A stretch of 64,000 nucleotides of DNA from the human T2T-CHM13v2.0 reference genome, Homo sapiens, in assembly GCF_009914755.1 (NCBI RefSeq), contig NC_060940.1; one strand, given 5' to 3'. The position numbers and the translations under genes are program-made. This document shows, in pieces, positions 43,601-56,700 of this stretch. A model generated the notes under the pieces. It was not told where the DNA came from, did no database searches, and was given only the letters and a program-made list of their open reading frames with translations. Positions within the stretch are counted from its first letter, which is position 1; each line of letters starts with the position of its first letter.

Positions 43601-46600
43601 AATGATTTCGATCAATTCCATTCGATGATTCCATTCGATTCCATTCGATAATGATTACATCCGAGTCCATTCGATGATTCCATTTGAGCCCGTTCGATAA
43701 TTCCATTTGAGTCCAATCAATGATTCCATTCATTTCCATTCAATGATTCCATTCGAGTCCATTTGATCATTCCGGTAAGGTCCGTTCGATGTTGATTCCA
43801 TTGGAGTGCATTCGATGATTCCATTCGAGTCCATTTTAGGATTTGATTCGAGTCCTTTCGATGATACCATTCGATTCCACTCGATGATTTCATTCGAGTC
43901 CATTCGACACTTCCAATCGATTCCATTTGATGTTTCCATTCGATTCCAATTGATGATTCCATTCAATTCCATTCGATGATGATTCCGTACGATTCCATTC
44001 TGTGATGATTCCATGTGATTGCATTCAATGATGATTCCTTTCGATTGCATTCGATTATGATTCATTTCGTGTTCATTCTATGGTTCCACAGGTTTCCATT
44101 CGATGATGTTTCCATTCGTGTCCATTCCATGATTCCATTCTATTCCATTTGAAGATGATTCCATTCGATTCCGTTCATTGGTGATTCCACTCAATTCCAT
44201 TCAATGATTCCATTCCATTTCTTTCAACAATGATTCCATTAGTTTCTATTCGATGATCCACTTGATTCCATTTGACGATGATTCCATTCGTGTCCATTCG
44301 ATGATTCCATTTGATTCCATATGATGATGATTCCATTCGATTCCATACGATGATGATTCCATTCGAGTCCATTCAATGGTGATTCCATTCAATTCCATTC
44401 GATGATTCCTTTCGATTCCATTCAATGATGATGGCATTCAATTCCTTTCGATCATTCCCTTTGATTCCATTCAAAGGTGATTTCATTCAAGTCCATTCGA
44501 TAATTGCATTCGATTCCATTCTATGATGATTCCATTCGAGTCCATTTGATGATTCCATTCAATTCAAGTCAATGATGATTCCATTCGATTCCACTCGATG
44601 ATTCCATTGGATTCCATTCGATGATGATTCCATTCAAATCCATTCGATAATTCAATTCAAGTCCATTCGATGATGATTCCGATCGAATCCATTCAAAGAT
44701 TCCACTCAATTCCATTCGATGATGATTCCCTTAGATTCCATTCGATGATTCCACTTGATTCCATTTACGATGATTCCATTCGATTCCATGTGATGATTCC
44801 ATTCAATTCTATTCAATGATGTTTCCACTTGATTCCATTCGAACATGATTGCCTTTGATACCATTCAATGATTCCATACGGTTCCATTTGATGATGATTC
44901 CATTCGAGTGCATTAGATGATTCCATTCGAGTCCATTCGATGATTCCATTCGATTCCATTCGATGTTGATTCTGTTCAAATCCATTCGATGATTCCACTC
45001 GATTCCATTCGATGACTCCATTTGATCCCATTCGATGATTTCCTTTGATTCCCTTTGATGATCATTCCATTTGATTCAATTCGGTGATTTTATTTGATTC
45101 CATTCAGTGATGTTTCCATTCAACTCCTTTCGATGATGATTCCATTCGACTCCATTCGATTATGATTTCATGCAATTCCATTCGATAATGATTCCCTTCA
45201 AGTCCATTCGATGATTCCATTCGATTCCATTCAACGATGATTTGATTCGTGTCCATTCGATGATTCCATTTGATTCCATTTGATGATGATTCCATTCGAG
45301 TCCCTTTGATGATTCCATTCAATTCCATTCTCCGATGATTTCTTTTGAGCCCATTCAATGCTTCCACTCGATTCCATATGATGATGACCCCATTTGATGA
45401 AATTCCATGATGATTCCATTCGCTTGCATTCGATGATGATTCCACTTGAGTCCGTTAGAAGATTCTATTCAATTACATTCCATGACGATTCTGTTCGAGT
45501 CCATTTGATGATTCCATTAGACTCCATTCGACGATGATTCCATTCGATGTTATTCGATGATGATTCCATTCAACTCCATTCGATGTTTCCATTCGAGTTC
45601 ATTCTATTATTCCATTAGATTCCATTCGATGATGATTCCATTCGATTCCATTTGATGATTGCATTCTATTTCATTTGATGATGATTCCATTCGAGTCCAT
45701 TCGATGATTCCATTCGAGTCCATTTAATGAATCCATTGGTTTCAATTCTATGATGATTACATTGGATTCCATTCGTTGATGATTTCATTCGATTCCATTC
45801 AATGATGATTCCATTCAATTCCATTCAATGATTCCACTGAATTCCATACGATGATGATTCCATTTGATTTGATTCGACAGTGAGCCATTCGATTCAATTC
45901 CATGATGATTCTATTTGATTCAATTGGTTGACATTTCCATTCGATTCCATTCGATGATGATTCCATTTGATTCCATTCAAAGATGATTCCATTCTAGCCC
46001 ATTCAATCATTCCATTCGATTCTATTCAATGATGATTCCATTCATGTCGATTTGGTGATTCCATTTGACTTCATTTGATGATGATTCCTTTCAAGTTCAT
46101 TAGATGATTCCATTCGATTCCATTTGATGATGATCCCATTCGAGTCTATTCAGTGATTCCACTCGTTTCCATTCCATGATGATTCCATTCCATTCCATTC
46201 AATGATTCCATTCGATTCCGTTTGATGATGATTTCATTCGAGTCCATTTGATGATTCCATTTGATTCCATTTGATGATGATTACATTCGAGTCCATACGA
46301 TGATTCCACTCAATTCCATATGATGATGATTCCATTCGATTCCATTCGATGATTCCAGTCTATTCTATTCAATGGTGATTCCATTCGAGTACATTAGATG
46401 ATTCCATTCGATTCCATTCAATGATGATTCTATTTGTGTCCCTTAGATGGTTCCACATGATTCCATTTCATGATGATACTATTTGAGCCCATCCAATGAT
46501 TCCCTTCGATTCCATTCGATGAGGATTCCATTCGATTCAATTCATTGGTGATTCTATTCAATTCAATTCTTTGATTCCATTCCATTCCATTCGACAATGA

Positions 46601-47607
46601 TTCCATTCGATTTCCTTCGATGATTCCACTCCATTCCACTTGACATTGATTCCATTCGATTCCATTCAATGATTCCGTTTCATTCCAGTGGATGATGATT
46701 GCCATCGATTCCATTCGATCACTCCATTCTATTCCATTTGATGATGATTACATTCGATTCCATTTGATGATTCCATCTGATTCTATTCGAGGATTCCATT
46801 TGATTCCATTCGATGATGATTCCATTCGAGTGCATTTGATGATTTCATTCGAGTACATCCAATGATTCCATTCGAGTCCATTTGATGATTCCATTTGATT
46901 CCATTTGATTATGATTCTACTAGAGTCCATTCAATGACTCCCTTCGAATCCATTCAACAATTCCATTCAAGGCCATTCGATGATTCCATTTCATGATTCC
47001 ATTCGAGTCCATTTAATCATTACAGTCGAGTCCATTTGGTGATTCCACTGGATTTCTTTTGATAATGATACCATTCAATTACATTTGATGATGATCCCAT
47101 TCAATTTCATTTGATGGTGATTCCATTAGAGTCCATTCGATGATTTCATTCGAGTCCCTTCATTGATTCCATCCGATTTCATTGGATGATGACTCCATTC
47201 GAGTCCATTCGATGATTCCACTCGATTCCATTAGATGATTCCATTGGAGTCCATTTGATTGTTCCATTCGATTCTATTCGATTCCTTTCGAAGATTATTC
47301 CATTTGAGTCCATTCGATGATGATTCCATTCCATTCCATTCGATGATTCCGTTTGATTCCATTCGATGATTCCCTTCGATTCCTTTCTTTGATGATTCCA
47401 TTCCATTCCACTCAATGATTCCATTCGAATCTATTCCATGATGATTCCTTTCGATTCCATTCGCTGATGTTTCCGTTCAATTCCATTCGATGATGATTCC
47501 ATTCGATTCCATTCATTGAGGATTCCATTTGATTCCATTCAATGATGATTCCATTCTATTCCATTCAATGATTGCATTCAATTCCATTCAATGATTATCC
47601 CCTTAGA
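37636..47607 (+). repeat. Long variant unit 7 (9972 bp): internal ~2.3-kb direct repeat flanking a ~1.8-kb extra HSat2 segment
   Basis: Marker at 37636 and 47608. The block equivalent to unit-1 1543-3823 is present twice (~38978-41277 and ~43097-45321). ORF families recur 4119 bp apart (39113/43232, 39611/43730). Confidence 0.92.
41278..43096 (+). repeat. ~1.8-kb HSat2 segment absent from the canonical 6.1-kb unit (copy 1)
   Basis: Distinct words (CTATTTATGTATTATATTCG, CCTACGATTCC, CCAAACGATC, TTCCGGTCGA, TTATGGCTATCG, ATTAGGGTCC, GAGTATATACG) were seen only here and at 57378-59207. The ORFs at 41365, 41771, 41983 and 42712 have counterparts only at 57504, 57871, 58083 and 58812. Confidence 0.9.
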
Positions 47608-50600
47608 GTAAACTCAACGATTCCATTCAATACCATTCGATGATGATTCCTTTTGAGTCCATTCAATGATTTCATTCAAGTCCATTTGACGATTCCTTTC
47701 AATTCCCTTCTATGATGATTCACTTCTCGTCCATTGGATGATTCCATTTCATTCCATTCGATGATGATTCCATTCGATTCCATTCGATGATTCCGTTCGA
47801 TTGCATTCGATGATTCCATTATATTCCAGTCAACGATGATTCCATTCGAGTCCATTCGATGATTCCTTTAGAGTACATTTAATGATTGCTTTGTTTTCAA
47901 TTCGAAGATGATTACATTGGATTCCATTCTATGATACCATTCGATTCCATTCAATGATGATTCCACTCAAATCCATTGGATGATTCCATTCGTGTCCATT
48001 CGGTGATTTCATTAGATTCCATTCGAGGATGATTCCATTCGATTCCATTCGATGATTCCATTCAATTCCATTCGATGATGATTCCATTCCAGTCCATATG
48101 ATCATTCCATTTGATTTCATTCGATGATGATTCCATTCGATTCCATTCGATGATTCCATTCTATTCCATTCGATGATGATTCCATTCGAGTCCATTCGAT
48201 GATTCCATTCGAGTCCATTTAATGATTCCATTGGGTTCAATTCAATGATGATTACATTGGATTCCGTTCTATGATTCCATTCAATTCCGTTCATTGACAA
48301 TTTGATTCCATTCGATGATGATTCCATTTGAGTTCATTCGATGATTCTATTCGATTCTCTTCGATGGTGATTCAATTCTATTATATTGGATGATTCCATT
48401 CGATTCCATTTGATGTTGATTCAATTCGATTCTATTCGATGATGATTCCATTGGATTTCACTTGATGATTCTATTCGATTCCATTCAATGATGATTCACT
48501 TCTCGTCCATTGGATGATTCCATTTCATTCCATTCGATGATGATTCCATTCGATTCCATTCGATGATTCCATTTGATTCCATGCGTCGGTGAGCAATTCG
48601 ATTCAATTCCATGATGATTCTATTTGATTCAATTAGATGATGTTTCCATTCGAATCCATTCCATGATTATTCCATTGGAATCCATTCGGCGATGATTCCA
48701 TATGAGTCAATTCAATGATGATTCCATATGGGTCCGTTCGATGATAATTCCATTTGATTTCATTCGGTGCTTCTATTCAATTCCAGTCGATGATGATTCC
48801 GTTGGAGTCCATACGATGATTCCATTTGATTTCATTTGATGATGATTCCATTCGATGATGATTACATTGGATTCCATTCTATGATTCCATTCAATTCCAT
48901 TCGTTGATGATTCGATTCCATTCAATGATGATTCCATTTGAGTTCATTCGATGATTCTATTCGATTCCGTTCGATGGTGATTCAATTCTCTTATATTGGA
49001 TGAATCCACTCGATTCCATTTGATGATTATTCCATTGGAGTCCACTTAGTGAATCCTTCAGATTCTACTCGAAGATGATTCCATTCAAGTCCATTCGATG
49101 ATACCATTCAATTCCATTCGTTGATGCTTCCATTCAAGTGCATTCGATGATATCATTCGATTCCATTTGATGATAATTCCATTTGATTCCATGCGATGAT
49201 TCTATTCGATTCCATTCAATGATAATTCCATTCAGTTCAGTGATTCCTCTGGACTCCATTTGATGATGATTCCATTCAATGATTCCATTCGATTCTATTC
49301 GAAAATGATTCCATTTGAATCCATTTGATGATGATTCCATTAGATTCCATTTGGTGATTCCATTCGATTCCATGCGACGATGATTCCATTCGATTCCATG
49401 TGATGATTCCATTCTATTCTATTCGATGATGATTCCATTCGATTCCATTCGATGATGATTGGATTCGATTCCATTTGATTATTTCATTTGATTCCATTCG
49501 TTAATGATTTCGATCAACTCCATTCGATGATTCCATTCGATTCCATTCGATAATGATTACATCCGTGTCCATTCAGTGATTCCATTTGAGCCCGTTCAAT
49601 AATTCCATTTGAGTCCAACCAATGATTCCATTCATTTCCATTCAATGATTCCATTCGAGTCCATTTGATCATTCCGGTAGGGTCCATTCGATGTTGATTC
49701 CATTGGAGTGCATTCGATGATTCCATTCGAGTCTATTTTATGATTTGATTCGAGTCCTTTCGATGATTCCATTCGATTCCACTCGATGATGATTTCATTC
49801 GAGTCCATTCGACACTTCCAATCGATTCCATTTGATGTTTCCATTCGAGTCCAATTGATGATTCCATTCAATTCCATTCGATGATGATTCCGTACGATTC
49901 CATTCTGTGATGATTCCATGTGATTGCATTCAATGATGATTCCTTTAGATTGCATTCGATTGTGATTCATTTCGTCTTCATTCTATGGTTCCACAGGTTT
50001 CCATTCATGTCCATTCCATTATTCCATTCTATTCCATTTGATGATGATTCCATTCGATTCCATTCATTGGTGATTCCACTCAATTCCATTCAATGATTCC
50101 ATTCCATTTCTTTCAACAATGATTCCATTAGTTTCTAATCGATGATCCACTTGATTCCATTTGACGACGATTCCATTCTTGTCCATTCGATGATTCCATT
50201 TGATTCCATATGATGATGATTCCATTCGATTCCATACCATGATGATTCCATTCGAGTCCATTCAATGGTGATTCCATTCAATTCCATTCGATGATTCCTT
50301 TCGATTCCATTCGATGATGATGGCATTCGATTCCTTTCAATCATTCCCTTTGATTCCATTCAAAGGTGATTTCATTCAAGTCCATTCGATAATTGCATTC
50401 GATTCCATTCTATGATGATTCCATTCGAGTCCATTTGATGATTCCATTCAATTCAAGTCAATGATGATTCCATTCGATTCCATTCGATGATTCCATTGGA
50501 TTCCATTCGATGATGATTCCATTCAAATCCATTCGATAATTCAATTCAAGTCCATTCGATGATGATTAAAATCGAATCCATTCAAAGATTCCATTCAGTT

Positions 50601-53600
50601 CCATTCGATGATTCCCTTAGATTCTATTCGATGATTCCACTTGATTCCATTTACGATGATTCCATTCGATTCCATGTGATGATTCCATTCAATTCTATTC
50701 AATGCTGTTTCCATTTGATTCCATTCGACCATGATTGCCTTTGATTCCATTCAATGACTCCATTCGGTTCCCTTTGATGATGATTCCGTTCGATTCCATT
50801 TCATTATTCCATTTGATTCCATTGGATGAGTCCATTCGATTACATTCGATGATTATTCCATTCGAGTGCATTAGATGATTCCATTCGAGTCCATTCGATG
50901 ATTCCATTCGATGTTGATTCTGTTCAAATCCATTCGATGATTCCACTCGATTCCATTCGATGACTCCAGTTGATCCCATTCGATGATTTCTTTTGATTCC
51001 CTTTGATGATCATTCCATTTGATTCAATTCGGTGATTTCATTTGATTCCATTCAGTGATGTTTCCATTCGACTCCATTCGATGATGATTCCATTCGACTC
51101 CATTCGATTATGATTTCATTCAATTCCATTCGATAATGATTCCCTTCGAGTCCATTCGATGATTCCATTCGATTCCATTCAACGATGATTTGATTCGTGT
51201 CCATTCGATGATTCCATTTGATTCCACTTGATGATGATTCCATTCGAGTCCATTTGATGATTCCATTCAATTCCATTCTCCGATGATTTCTTTTGAGCCC
51301 ATTCAATGCTTCCACTCGATTCCATATGATGATGACTCCATTCGATGAAATTCGATGATGATTCCATTCGCTTGCATTCGATGATGATTCCACTTGAGTC
51401 CATTAGAAGATTCTATTCAATTACATTCCATGACGATTCCGTTCGAGTCCATTTGATGATTCCATTAGACTCCATTCGACGATGATTCCATTCGATGTTA
51501 TTCGATGATTCCATTCGATCTCATTCGATGATGATTCCATTCAACTCCATTCGATGTTTCCATTCGAGTTCATTCTATTATTCCATTAGATTCCATTCGA
51601 TGATGATTCCATTCGATTCCATTTGATGATTGCATTCTATTTCATTTGATGATGATTCCATTCGAGTCCACTCGATGATTCCATTCGAGTCCATTTAATG
51701 AATCCATTGGTTTCAATTCTATGATGATTACATTGGATTACATTCGTTGATGATTTCATTCGGATCCATTCAATGATGATTCCATTCAATTCCTTTCAAT
51801 GTTTCCATTCAATTCCATACGATGATGATTCCATTTGATTTGATTCGACAGTGAGCCATTCGATTCAATTCCATGATGATTCTATTTGATTCAATTGGTT
51901 GACATTTACATTCGATTCCATTCGATGATGATTCCCTTTGATTCCGTTCAAAGATGATTCCATTCTAGCCCATTCAATCATTCCATTCGATTCTATTCAA
52001 TGATGATTCCATTCATGTCGATTTGGTGATTCCATTTGACTTCATTTGATGATGATTCCTTTCAAGTTCATTAGATGATTCCATTCGATTCCATTTGATG
52101 ATGATCCCATTCGAGTCCATTCAGTGATTCCACTCGTTTCCATTCCATGATGATTCCATTCCATTCCATTCAATGATTCCATTCGATTCCGTTTGATGAT
52201 GATTTCATTCGAGTCCATTTGATGATTCCATTTGATTCCATTCGATGATGATTCCATTCGAGTCCATTCGATGATTCTATTCGAATCCATTTGATGATTT
52301 CTTTTGATTATAGTTGGTGATGATTCCATTGGAGTCCATTCAATGATTCCATTTGATTCCAATCGATGGTGATTCCATTAGAGTCCATTTAATGATTCCA
52401 TTTGATTCCAGTCTCTGATGATTACATTCGAGTCCATACGATGATTCCACTGAATTCCATATGATGATGATTCCATTCGATTCCATTCGATGATTCCATT
52501 CTATTCTATTCAATGGTGATTCCATTCGAGTACATTAGATGATTCCATTCGATTCCATTCAATGATGATTCTATTTGTGTCCCTTAGATGATTCCACATG
52601 ATTCCATTAGATGATGATACTATTTGAGCCCATCCAATGATTCCCTTCGATTCCATTCGATGAGGATTCCATTCGATTCAATTCATTGGTGATTCTATTC
52701 AATTCAATTCTTTGATTCCATTCCATTCCATTCGACAATGATTCCATTCGATTTCTTTCGATGATTCCACTCGATTCCACTTGACATTGATTCCATTCGA
52801 TTCCATTCAATGATTCCATTTGATTCCAGTGGATGATGATTGCCATCGATTCCATTCGATCACTCCATTCTATTCCATTTGATGATGATTACATTCGATT
52901 CCATTTGACGACTCCATCTGATTCTATTCGAGGATTCCATTTGATTCCATTCGATGATGATTCCATTCGAGTCCATTCGATGATTTCATTCGAGTACATC
53001 CAATGATTCCATTCGAGTCCATTTGATGATTCCATTTGATTCCATTTGATAATGATTCTACTAGAGTCCATTCAATGACTCCATTCGTGTCCATTCAACA
53101 ATTCCATTCGACTCCATTTGATGATTCCATTCGATTCCATTTGATGGTTCCATTCGAGTCCATTTAATCATTACAGTCGAGTCCATTTGGTGATTCCACC
53201 GGATTTCTTTTGATAATGATACCATACAATTAAATTTGATGATGATCCCATTCAATTTCATTTGATGATGATTCCATTAGAGTCCATTCGATGATTTCAT
53301 TCGAGTCCCTTCACTGATTCCATCCGATTTCATTGGATGATGACTCCATTCGAGTCCATTCGATGATTCCACTCGATTCCATTAGATGATTCCATTGGAG
53401 TCCATTTGATTGTTCCATTCGATTCCATTCGATTCCTTTCGAAGATTATTCCATTTGAGTCCATTCGATGATGATTCCATTCCATTCCATTCGATGATTC
53501 CGTTTGATTCCATTCAATGATTCCCTTCGATTCCTCTCTTTGATGATTCCATTCCATTCCATTCAATGATTCCATTCGAATCTATTCCATGATGATTCCT

Positions 53601-53758
53601 TTCGATTCCATTCGCTGATGTTTCCGTTCAATTCCATTCGATGATGATTCCATTCGATTCCATTCATTGAGGATTCCATTTGATTCCATTAAATGATGAT
53701 TCCGTTCTATTCCATTCAATGATTGCATTCAATTCCATTCAATGATTATCCCCTTAGA
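47608..53758 (+). repeat. Higher-order repeat unit 8 (6151 bp = 6112 + 49 - 10)
   Basis: Marker at 47608 and 53759. Net +49 bp at ~47721 and a 10-bp deletion at ~50905. Confidence 0.92.
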
Positions 53759-56700
53759 GTAAACTCAACGATTCCATTCAATACCATTCGATGATGATTC
53801 CTTTTGAGTCCATTCAATGATTTCATTCAAGTCCATTTGATGATTCCTTTCAATTCCATTCTATGATGATTCCATTCGAGTCCATTTGATGATTCCATTT
53901 GATTGCATTCGATTATTCCATTACATTCCAGTCAACGATGATTCCATTCGAGTCCATTCGATGATTCCATTAGAGTACATTTAATGATTGATTTGTTTTC
54001 AATTCGAAGATGATTACATTGGATTCCATTCTATGATACCATTCGATTCCATTCAATGATGATTCCACTCAAATCCATTGGATGATTCCATTCGTGTCCA
54101 TTCGGTGATTTCATTAGATTCCATTCGAGGATGATTCCATTCGATTCCATTCGATGATTCCATTCAATTCCATTCGATGATGATTCCATTCCAGTCCATA
54201 TGATCATTCCATTTGATTTCATTCGATGATGATTCCATTCGATTCCATTCGATGATTCCATTCTATTCCATTCGATGATGATTCCATTCGAGTCCATTCG
54301 ATGATTGCATTCGAGTCCATTTAATGATTCCATTGGGTTCAATTCAATGATGATTACATTGGATTCCGTTCTATGATTCCATTCAATTCCGTTCATTGAC
54401 AATTTGATTCCATTCGATGATGATTCCATTTGAGTTCATTCGATGATTCTATTCGATTCTCTTCGATGGTGATTCAATTCTATTATATTGGATGATTCCA
54501 TTCGATTCCATTTGATGTTGATTCAATTCGATTCTATTCGATGATGATTCCATTGGATTTCACTTGATGATTCTATTCGATTCCATTCAATGATGATTCA
54601 CTTCTCGTCCATTGGATGATTCCATTTCATTCCATTCGATGATGATTCCATTCGATTCCATTCGATGATTCCATTTGATTCCATGCGACGGTGAGCAATT
54701 CGATTCAATTCCATGATGATTGTATTTGATTCAATTAGATGATGTTTCCATTCGAATCCATTCCATGATTATTCCATTGGAATCCATTCGGCGATGATTA
54801 AATATGAGTCAATTCAATGATGATTCCATATGGGTACGTTCGATGATAATTCCATTTGATTTCATTCGATGCTTCTATTCAATTCCAGTTGATGATGATT
54901 CCGTTGGAGTCCATACGATGATTCCATTTGATTTCATTTGATGATGATTCCATTCGATGATGATTACATTGGATTCCATTCTATGATTCCATTCAATTCC
55001 ATTCGTTGATGATTCGATTCCATTAAATGATGATTCCATTTGAGTTCATTCGATGATTCTATTCGATTCCGTTCGATGGTGATTCAATTCTCTTATATTG
55101 GATGATTCCACTCGATTCCATTTGATGATTATTCCATTGGAGTCCACTTAGTGAATCCTTTAGATTCTACTCGAAGATGATTCCATTCGAGTCCATTCAA
55201 TGATACCATTCAATTTCATTCGTTGATGCTTCCATTCAAGTGCATTCGATGATATCATTCGATTCCATTTGGTGATAATTCCATTTGATTCCATGCGATG
55301 ATTCTATTCGATTCCATTCAATGATAATTCCATTCAATTCAGTGATTCCTCTGGACTCCATTTGATGATGATTCCATTCAATGATTCCATTCGATTCTAT
55401 TCCAAAATGATTCCATTTGAATCCATTTGATGATGATTCCATTAGATTCCATTTGATGATTCCATTCGATTCCATTTGACGATGATTCCATTCGATTCCA
55501 TTTGATGATTCCATTCTATTCTATTCGATGATGATTCCATTCGATTCCATTTGATGATGATTGGATTCGATTCCATTTGATGATTTCATTTGATTCCATT
55601 CGTTAATGATTTCGATCAACTCCATTCGATGATTCCATTTGATTCCATTCGATAATGATTACATCCGAGTCCTTTCGATGATTCCATTTGAGCCTGTTCG
55701 ATAATTCCACTTGAGTCCAATCAATGATTCCATTCATTTCCATTCAATGATTCCATTCGAGTCCATTTGATCATTCTGGTAGGGTCCGTTCGATGTTGAT
55801 TCCATTGGAGTGCATTCGATGATTCCATTCGAGTCCATTTTATGATTTGATTCGAGTCCTTTCGATGATTCCATTCGATTCCACTCGATGATGATTTCAT
55901 TCGAGTCCATTCGACACTTCCAATCGATTCCATTTGATGTTTCCATTCGAGTCCAATTGATGATTCCATTCAATTCCATTCGATGATGATTCCGTACGAT
56001 TCCATTCTGTGATGATTCCATGTGATTGCATTCAATGATGATTCCTTTCGATTGCATTCGATTATGATTCATTTCGTGTTCATTCTATGGTTCCACAGGT
56101 TTCCATTCGATGACGTTTCCGTTCGTGTCCATTCCATTATTCCATTCTATTTCATTTGATGATGATTCCATTCGATTCCATTCATTGGTGATTCCACTCA
56201 ATTCCATTCAATGATTCCATTCCATTTCTTTCAACAATGATTCCATTAGTTTCTATTCGATGATCCACTTGATTCCATTTGGCGATGATTCCATTCGTGT
56301 CCATTCGATGATTCCATTTGATTCCATATGATGATGATCCCATTCGATTCCATACCATGATGATTCCATTCGAGTCCATTCAATGGTGATTCCATTCAAT
56401 TCCATTCGATGATTCCTTCCGATTCCATTCGATGATGATGGCATTCGATTCCTTTCAATCATTCCCTTTGATTCCATTCAAAGGTGATTTCATTCAAGTC
56501 CATTCGATAATTTCATTTGATTCCATTCTATGATGATTCCATTCGAGTCCATTTGATGATTCCATTCAATTCAAGTCAATGATGATTCCATTCGATTCCA
56601 CTCGATGATTCCATTGGATTCCATTCGATGATGATTCCATTCAAATCCATTCGATAATTCAATTAAAGTCCATTCGATGATGATTCTAATCGAATCCATT

